DNA of 64,000 bases from positions 64,668,001 to 64,732,000 of the forward strand of contig CM052817.1 in NCBI GenBank assembly GCA_028534125.1, given 5' to 3'. The DNA is from Lama glama. Its lineage: Eukaryota. The notes under the pieces are model-generated. The model saw only the letters and a program-made list of their open reading frames with translations, did not search any database and had not been told where the DNA came from. The translations under genes were made by a program, and so were the position numbers. Below are positions 42,845-64,000 of the stretch, piece by piece; positions within the stretch are counted from its first letter, which is position 1, and every line of letters starts with the position of its first letter.

Positions 42845-43940
42845 TGTCTTAATTTGGGTTCCCCCAGAAGCAGACCTTGTGACAAAAACTAGACTACTGG
42901 TTCTGTTAAAAAGATGAATGAGACACTAATAGGAAAGTGTGGAACATGATACGAGGAAGGAAAGGCTGCCAATAAAGAGTGCATTTTTTTTTATTGTGAT
43001 AAAATATACATAACATGAAATTTGCATTTTAGCCATTTTTAAGTGTACAGTTCAGTGTCATTAAGCACGTTCACATTGTTATGCGACCATCACCACCATC
43101 TATATCTAGAAATTTTTACCTCTTCAAAACTAAAACTCCCTATCCTTTCAACACTGACTGTTTATTCCTCCCTTTTCCCAGCCCCTGGCAACCACCATCA
43201 TACTTTTGGTCTGTATGAATTTGACTACTCTAGGTACCTCATATCATTAGAATGATTCATTAATTGTACTTGTATGACTGATTTATTTCACTTACCATAA
43301 CATCATAAAGGTTCATCCATATTGTCACCCATGTATAAGAATTTCCTTCCCTAAGACTGCATAATGTTCCATGGTATGTATATACCACGATTTACTTATC
43401 CATTCATCTGTTTGATGGACACGTGGGTTGCTTCCACCTTTGACCATTGTGAATAATGCTGCTATGAACATGGATGTAAGAGTGCATTTTTAACACCTTT
43501 TTTGTTGTATGGTTCCTGCACAATAAACTACACATATTTCAGATGTACAATTTGATGAATTTTGATAGATGTATACACCCATGAAACCACCACCACAATC
43601 AAGATAGCTAACATTTCTATCACTCCCCAAGAGGTGCAAGAGAGTGCATTTTTAAAGCCGGCTACCAAAGTGAGCAACTGGAGTTTAATCCTTTAGAGAT
43701 ACTCTGTGGATTGTGTATTTTATAGCAATTTCTGTCAGTTGTTGGTTGAAGACTGCTTGGGGGATGCAAATTTTCTGGAACTTCTGGCCTACTTAATCAG
43801 GAGTTGGCAGAACAGCATTCTGTTGTTGGCAAAAGCCCTCAGGTGTGGGAATGCTGACACTGGCAACTGGAAGCCAACAGGACACAGGGAGGTGGTAAGG
43901 TCCTAGGGATATGGATGCAGCACTGAGGGCAGCAGCCACA
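42845..43940 (-). mobile_element. MaLR (MLT1-type) LTR interrupted by two L1 3' fragments
   Basis: cttctggtaccaac|tgtcttaatttgggttcccccagaagcagacc is a typical MLT internal/LTR junction; L1 tails at ~42989-43478 and ~43494-43640. Confidence 0.65.
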
Positions 43941-46283
43941 GGAACCTTTCATGTAAAACGTAGTCACACTTATTGGTTTTAGTTCTAAGGTTTTTCTCTG
44001 ACTCACCTTAATTCACACCTCCTCAATTGCTTTTCCTACTTCCAGTCTCTTTTTTCTCCACACTCTCTTCCACAATGCTGCCAAAGTCATGTTTTTCTGA
44101 AACACAGGTTTAAACATGCCAACCTTTTCCTGGAAACTCTTGTGTGATGACACCTAGTCTTTAATTAAAGCCCTTCCTCCTCTTCACTATTAGGCTGAGC
44201 ACAGCTCTTCCCACTGCGTCTCATATCACCATGACAGGCCATAGTCTTTTTCCACCTTGAACTCCTGCTCATGCCGTTATCTAGGGTCTCAATACTCTTT
44301 ATCCACCTGACAAAATCTGATGCTTCCATCAAGATGCAGTTCAAGGTCACCTTCTCTACAACGCTGTCTCTAATCTTCCAGGAAAGACTAATTTTTTTCC
44401 CTCCTTTTTACTGATTGGATATTCCTTGCCATAATGGTTATTAAATTGTGTTTTAATTATTAGCATATGTTAAGCTGTACCGTGTCTCCAACACCATGTA
44501 CAGAGGTCATCAAAAAGGCAAAGAAAACCTAGTGAGCTTCTTCAGGATCCTGTCAGTCATTCTAGTGGTTGGTCATCTGGTATATGAATGATGTTAGAGA
44601 GAAATAAGTGGGAGTGCTAAAAATCCTTTTGAAATTATAGTATAGGCCAGTATCAGGGAATATTAAGTATTTATAGTGCTGTAATTGAGTGTCTGGATGA
44701 ACATCACATGTTAATAGAAGGCTTCTGTATTGTATGGACACACTATTTTATTATTGTTTGAGTGATAACCCAGGATGTAATTATTCTTGTTTACAGGTAA
44801 AAATCTGAAAATGCTTAGTTTCTCATCATTCAGGCAAGAACTGTGGATTCTAGTTCTCCACGGAGGCTGGACTCCTACTGTGGATCTGGGGATTAGAAAA
44901 GCCTTGCTAGAGGCCATAAACTGTCCCATGTGAGTGACTGTCCAGGGAATTGTAGTGCTTGGAGTGGAAAGAAGGATTTTGCTTTGTGATTAAAACGAGA
45001 CACTTAAATGTGGCTGAAGTGGCAGAGATCACAGAGTCTATTCACAGGAAGTTTATAGGGCAACAGTGTGATCAGATTGGAGAGAACTTTTCAGTGAGCT
45101 ACCACAAAAGGAGATATTCACAGTAGCTTAAAGAATAGAGCTTTACTGGAAGCAAAAAATGTGGGCACTGTTTACAGCAAAACATTTTGGGGCAAACTTA
45201 GACTTCCTAAGACCTGAAGACTTCAAGTTCTCATTGTTTGTATGTTTAATTAGGAAGGCAGGGAAGGGGGACACATTAGCTGCCCTCAGGGAATAGAAAA
45301 GAGTTGGACAGGGAAGTTCCAGCTCAGATGTGGAAAGATGAATAAGAGGCACCCAAAGTCCAGAATGAATAGGTTTGATAGCATCTATCCCCCTTATCTG
45401 CAGGAAGCAGACACCCTGGAAGGAAAGACAGGATGCCTCCTCATGATGATGCTTCTCAGTTTGGGGATCAGAGCCTCATGAGAGCTTCTTGATATCATGT
45501 GATAGCCATGATGAGAGACAGAGGCTAAGGATGTAGGCCATCTTCCTGGCCAATCTTAAATCTATTGGATCTAGGTTAAAAAAAAATCTTCCAGTTTTTG
45601 GTCTCCCAAGAACTGCCAAGGCCTGCTGACATGTGGTTGTGCCTGTCTGGTCCAGTGACTTCAGATCTAGGGAAGCCCAAGCTGGAGTAGAAGAGACTAT
45701 AACTAGGAAGGGAGTTCCTGTTGTGTGTATGGTGGGGGGAGAGGTGTGGGAAGAGACTCATGTCTAAGGGATAGGGAAGGAAGTCATAGCTCAAGAAGGC
45801 TGGGTAACCTTGGTTCAGGGAGAATTAAGAGGGGCTTGGGCACAGAGGCAGGGGGGCCGGGTGGAGGAGTTGGATGCCACAAATCACTACTGGATCTTGT
45901 CTTCCTCTTATCCACTTCTTGGAGGAAAGAATCTATAGGGCACATTAGTAAGGGACTTCACAATTACCTGCTTCCTGTGGAAAGTAGAATAAAAGCCAGT
46001 TATGTTGTTCAAATCCATGCCTCTGAGGGAGCATGGATCCTGATGAATAAAAGACTTCGCTGCTTTTCTTCCTGCTGAATCCCTAGATGGCTTAGTTATG
46101 AAGTCAGGTAACATGAACTGTTGCAAGCTAAACTGGCTGGTCAATAGAGGGAGAATTTGAAGTTCCTTTTCCAGTCCAGGGGAGAAGAGGTTAGTGCTCT
46201 AGAGTTACGACAAATGATAGTTTGAGACTGGGTTATATAAGATAAAATGCCAGAAACATGAAATTCTTAATGTTCATCTGGGA

Positions 46284-46289
46284 TTTATT
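46284..46289 (-). terminator. Candidate ADH6 polyadenylation signal AATAAA
   Basis: First minus-strand AATAAA seen downstream of the stop (~465 nt); use not verified. Confidence 0.35.
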
Positions 46290-46752
46290 TAAGTTGATTT
46301 GATGAAGAACCCCCCACCCCGACCCCTTTCCTCAGCTTGCTTCAACTTGAATATTCAATAAGCTCATGAATGATGAGTTTTGTTTCTTTGGTGTGAAATG
46401 GGGCAGAGCTTGATGGGGTGGAGAGACAATGTGCAAGGAAACATGGGCCCAGACATAGAGACAGCTATGAAAATGGGAGGATCCTGGGATGACTTTGTTT
46501 GCTCAAAGCAGCAGAATTGAGGGATTCAAATCAACCTTAATCCAGCTCTAATAAGGAAGATGTTCCTGGGTGACATAAGAACAATTTTGAAGTGGTGAGG
46601 GTTGAAGGTAGATGTGAGCCCACTGCTGAGTGAATCAGAGGCAAGAAAATAGAAACAGCATTGTGTAGATAAATCTTCTAAATCATGAAATTATACAGGA
46701 TGTGACTTCGTTGGTGAAATATGCTGCAGATCTTGCATACATTACATCGTAC

Positions 46753-59846
<13,094 letters not shown>

Positions 59847-60100
59847 GCTGACTTTCTCTGTGTTCTTCTGGGCACAGATGAATATACTGAGAAAAAGAGA
59901 TTTTGGTTACAACTTTCAAAGTCCAAGAGAGTAGAGGTTACTGTTTGATCAAGAGGCTGGATCCTAAGCTTTGTGTATAACCAGGTAATTAATACACCTG
60001 ATATCTGGAGACTCAGATTTTCCTATTCCCTGAGGAAGGTAAAATATGAACTAGACTTAGCCCAGTGAAAATGCACAAAGGTGAAGTTGTGCAAACTTTT
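59847..60100 (-). promoter_or_regulatory. ADH6 5'UTR / proximal promoter with HNF4A-type motif CAAAGTCCA (59917-59925)
   Basis: Directly upstream of the ATG; exact CAAAGTCCA motif; function inferred only. Confidence 0.45.
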
Positions 60101-60584
60101 TTTCTTTCCTCAATCATAAAGTTCTCCCCTTAGTAGCTACTCTGTTGAATTTTAAATTTGGTCTTTTAAATGTCCAAGTTTAAAATTTCTAATAGCATGT
60201 ATAAAATTGTCTATGTTGTTTTTCAAATGCAGATATGATACCTGTGACTCTAAACCTGAGTTTGATTTTGATTTGATTTTCCAAACCTGTGTCCCATTTT
60301 GAGGAATTATGGTGTTATCAGACAGTTTATCTAGTAATTTCGCATAAGCGCCTCACCTCTTGGTATGCTTAGCTGGTTACTTAGAGGAACTGAAACCAAT
60401 GTGTGAGAAACCTGACAATCAGGATTTGAATTTGAGAAAATCTCTGTATGTGAATCAAGAGAGTTTTGAGCAGGACCCTGATGAACATGGGAACAAGGAA
60501 ATACATTTCTAATGAAAAACAACACCAATGGGCAGGTTTTAGCTGGAAGGGAAGAGAGGAAGCATAAATGTTCTCTCTGTGTCA

Positions 60585-62740
60585 TGATATGATTATATGT
60601 TTTTTCTTCTTTGGCCTGTTGGATTATGGTGGATTATATTAATTAATTTCCAGATGTTGAACCAGCTTTAAATACCTGAAACAAATCCCACTTGGTGTAT
60701 TAATTTTCTTTCTTTGAACTGTCTTTGTCTGATTTTGGTTTCATAGTAATACTAATTTTATAAAATTATTTTCTCTTCTATTTTCTAAGAGAGATTGTGT
60801 AGAATTGGTGTTAATCCTTTAAATGTTTGGTAGAATTCTTCAGTGAAATCATATGGGTCTACAGATTTCTTTTTGGGGATGTTTTAAATTAGGAATTCAG
60901 TTATCTTCATATTTGTAGGGCTTGTAAGTTGTCTATTTCATATTTGGTGAGTTGTGGTAGCTTGTAGTTTTTGAGAAAATAGTACATTTCAACTAAATTG
61001 TCGAATTTATGTGTGTAGATTTGTTAATGGTATTCATTTATTATTTTTTTGGTATCTGTTGTGTCTGTAGTGATATACACTGTTTTATTGCTGATTATTG
61101 GTAATTTATGTCTTCTTTCTGTTTTTCTTTGTCAGTCTTGCCAGAGGTTTGTTAATTTTATTGATCTTTTCAAAGAACTAGTTCTATTTCATTGATTTTT
61201 CTCTATTTAAAAAAATTTCGCTGACTTTTGCTGTTATTTTTTCTTTCTGCTTATTTTTAGTTTATTTTGCTCTTTTATTTATGGGATCATGAAGTGTGAG
61301 TGTGTATTATTGATTTACAGCTTTTCCTCTTTTCTAACATAATAATTTAGTGCCATGTATCTTATTCAGTGCAGCTTTAGCTGTGTCACACTAATTTTGA
61401 TATGTTTTTTCATTTTTATCATATAAATATTTAAAAAACTTTCCCTTGAATCTTTTTCTTTGACCTACAGATTATCTAGCAGTGTGTTGTTTAGCTTCCA
61501 AGTGCTTAGAGATTTTCCTTTTATTTCCATTATTTATGTCTAGTTTGATTTCCATTATTGATTTCTAGTTTAATTGTGATCAGATAACATACTCTGCATG
61601 ATTTCAGTTCTTTTACTTTTGTTGAGATATGACCTATCTTGGGATGTTTTGTGGGCACTTGAAATGAATGTGTATTCTGCTGTCTTTGGGTAGAATGTTC
61701 AGCAAATATCTCTTGGATCCCCTTAATTGATGATGTTGTGAGTTCTATACCTTTGCCTTCTTTCTGTCTAATTTTTCTATCAGTTCTTCAGACAGGGATG
61801 TTGAAGCATTTAACTAAAATTGTTGATTTGGCTATTTTTTTTTCTTTCAATGCTGACAGATTTTGACCCACAAGTTTGTAGCCCTGGTACATACACATTT
61901 AGGATCATTGTCTCTTCTTGGTAGATTGCCCTTTTATCATTATATAATACTTCTCTTTGCCTCTGATACATTTATTTTCTCTGAAGTCCACTTTATCTGA
62001 TATTAATATAACCTCTCTTTCCTTCTTTTTTTCCCCCCTATTTTATGATTAAATTTTATTTTATGGCTTACAATATTTTATTTCCAGTTAAGTAGAAAAA
62101 TGTTAATGTGTTTTTATGGGATATTTAAATGTTGTGGTATTGGTTTTTTTTCCCACTCTTGCCTTCTTTTGATTAATGTTTGTGTGATATGTATTTTTCA
62201 TCTTTTTTCTTTCAACCTACCTATACTCAAAGTGAGTTTCTTACAGACAAGATATATTTGAGTCATGTTTTTAAATCTACTCTGTCCATTTATATCTTTT
62301 TTAGACAGTTTTATTGAGATTGTATTCACTTACTATTCAGCCATTTAAAGTGTAAAATTCAATTTTGTTGTATATTCACAGATATGTGCAACCATCACCA
62401 CAATCAATTTTAAAGTACTTTTAACACCTCAGAAAGAAAGCGACACCTCTCTAAACCTTCATCATTACCACCACCACCTTGGCCTTATGCAACAATTCTT
62501 CTGCTTTCTGTCTGCATAGATTTACCTATTCTGGACATTTTAAATGAATGGGATCACATGATATGTGGTCTTTTATGACTAAATTCTTTCACTTAGCATA
62601 GTGTTCTCAAGGTTCACCTATGTTGTAGCTTAAACCAATTATTCATTCCTTTATATGGCATTGTGTGGATATACTACATTATCCATTCATCAGTTTTTCA
62701 TTAAGTGAATAAGTCTAATGTAACATTTAAATTTTTTAAA
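60585..62740 (-). mobile_element. Old L1 ORF2-region fragments with a nested L1 3' end (~62300-62695)
   Basis: ccagatgttgaaccagc..aaatcccacttgg, gtttggtagaattcttcagtgaa, gggatgttgaag; long T-rich antisense L1 pattern. Confidence 0.75.
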
Positions 62741-63200
62741 TGACTTTTTCTTTTTACTATGTTCTTTCAGTCATTTCTTTAGTGGTTAGTCTAGGATTTA
62801 CCATTTACATATTAACTTACAAGAACCAGCTTCAGAATTTTAGTAAGTTAATTCCGGTCAGATATAGAAAAGTTGCTACTTTTAATCTCTATTACCTCAT
62901 CATTTGTCATATTATTATCATATATATGATATCTATAAATGTTAAAAATTAGTAATACATTGTTACAAAAATGATTTTATATATTTTATGTCTTTAAATG
63001 AAGCTGAAAAAGGAAGATGAGCTAGTATATGTTTTACCTTTTGATATATTAACTTTTTGATTTATTATTTCTAATTTTCTTTATCTATTTCTGTGATTAA
63101 ATTACCATCTGGAGATTTTTTCCTTAGCTCAGGAAAAAAACTTTGCTTCCACCCATCTTTTTGTGCTATTATTACACAAATATATTATATAAAGATATTA

Positions 63201-64000
63201 TAGAGAGAAGCAGGGTGGCGGAGTAGAAGGGTGTTTATAGCTCACCTTCTCCCACAAATACACCAAAACTCACATCTACAGACCCACTCAGCCAACCAGA
63301 GCACCTGCAGAACTCTGACAGAACATCACCCTCTTCGAAAGACAAAGACGCCAAAAATCTGGTAGGAGAAAAGGAAAAAAGAAAGAAGAAAAAGCAAAAC
63401 AGCGCGGGACCATTCCTGTGGAGAGGGAGTGGCAAAGGAGGAATAGCGCTTGTTCGCTGGGTCTCCCCTCTCCAATGGAGAGGCCAGAGGGACTGAGGGG
63501 GAGCCTCCGAGGCTTGGATCTGCCCTGAGCACCCCTTGACCAACAGAACTAAGTTAAACAGGTACAAAGGGTCCCTTCAACACCCAGCCTGAGACGTGAG
63601 CTGGCAGCTGGGGGCTGGGACAGGCTGCCCAAGCCGGGTGGAGGACTGGGGCGGCTGCACTGATGCAGACGAGGGGGACTGCAGGGTGTTGCGTGCTGTG
63701 GCTGGGAGGTGATACGGAGCAGAACAACGTGTGAAAAAAGCAAAGCAACATGGCTGGTGTGCCTTGTGGGGAGGGGCGCCATAGCCTTTGTCTCCTCAGA
63801 TCCACGATGCCATTACTGGCACTTATCGTGAGAAGAGAGGAGGGCATAGGTACATCGGCCATGTCCTCCTGTGTGCAGCGCCCGGGTGGGGGGCAGGGCC
63901 GAGCCCTTAATCCACACCCAGGGGCTACCTCCTGGGCAGGACTGTGACTTGTTTATAGCCTGAGGCAGATAGGATCTTTCTGCCCTGGCACCTCAGAGAA
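63201..64000 (+). mobile_element. L1 5'UTR, CpG-rich and relatively young; continues past the window end
   Basis: Starts gagagaagcagggtggcggagtagaagg...agctcaccttctcccacaaatacacc, similar to the other L1 5' ends in the window; abrupt rise in GC and CpG content. Confidence 0.75.

Noticed and set aside
20860..46700. Additional ADH paralog or pseudogene exons between ADH4 and ADH6
   Set aside because: No ADH motifs seen by eye or in the ORF track; ORFs here are L1-derived or spurious. A tblastn search would be needed to exclude very decayed remnants.

Overview
Mammalian DNA, most likely camelid (a tRNA-derived SINE resembling the camelid vic-1 family lies at ~36.8-37.0 kb), from the alcohol dehydrogenase gene cluster. 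Two complete 9-exon genes lie on the minus strand, both with intact reading frames and all zinc ligands: ADH4 (class II, CDS 20613->2555, 380 aa) and ADH6 (class V, CDS 59846->46753, 375 aa). ADH4 intron 8 contains a ~3.7 kb intronless, frameshifted DNMT1 retrocopy in the same orientation. The retrocopy is unusual in two ways. Its homology stops inside BAH2 at what looks like a splice donor and continues into non-coding sequence, so it has no catalytic domain. Its 5' end also does not clearly match the somatic first exon. ADH6 intron 8 has a GC-AG donor, which also removes the stop codon that gives the known truncated human ADH6 form. A 65-bp block of the ADH4 proximal promoter is duplicated in inverted orientation ~0.8 kb upstream. 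The rest is typical mammalian repeat sequence (L1, L2, MIR, ERV/MaLR LTRs, a MER2-like DNA transposon, microsatellites). All comparisons to human genes and repeat families are from memory, not from database searches.
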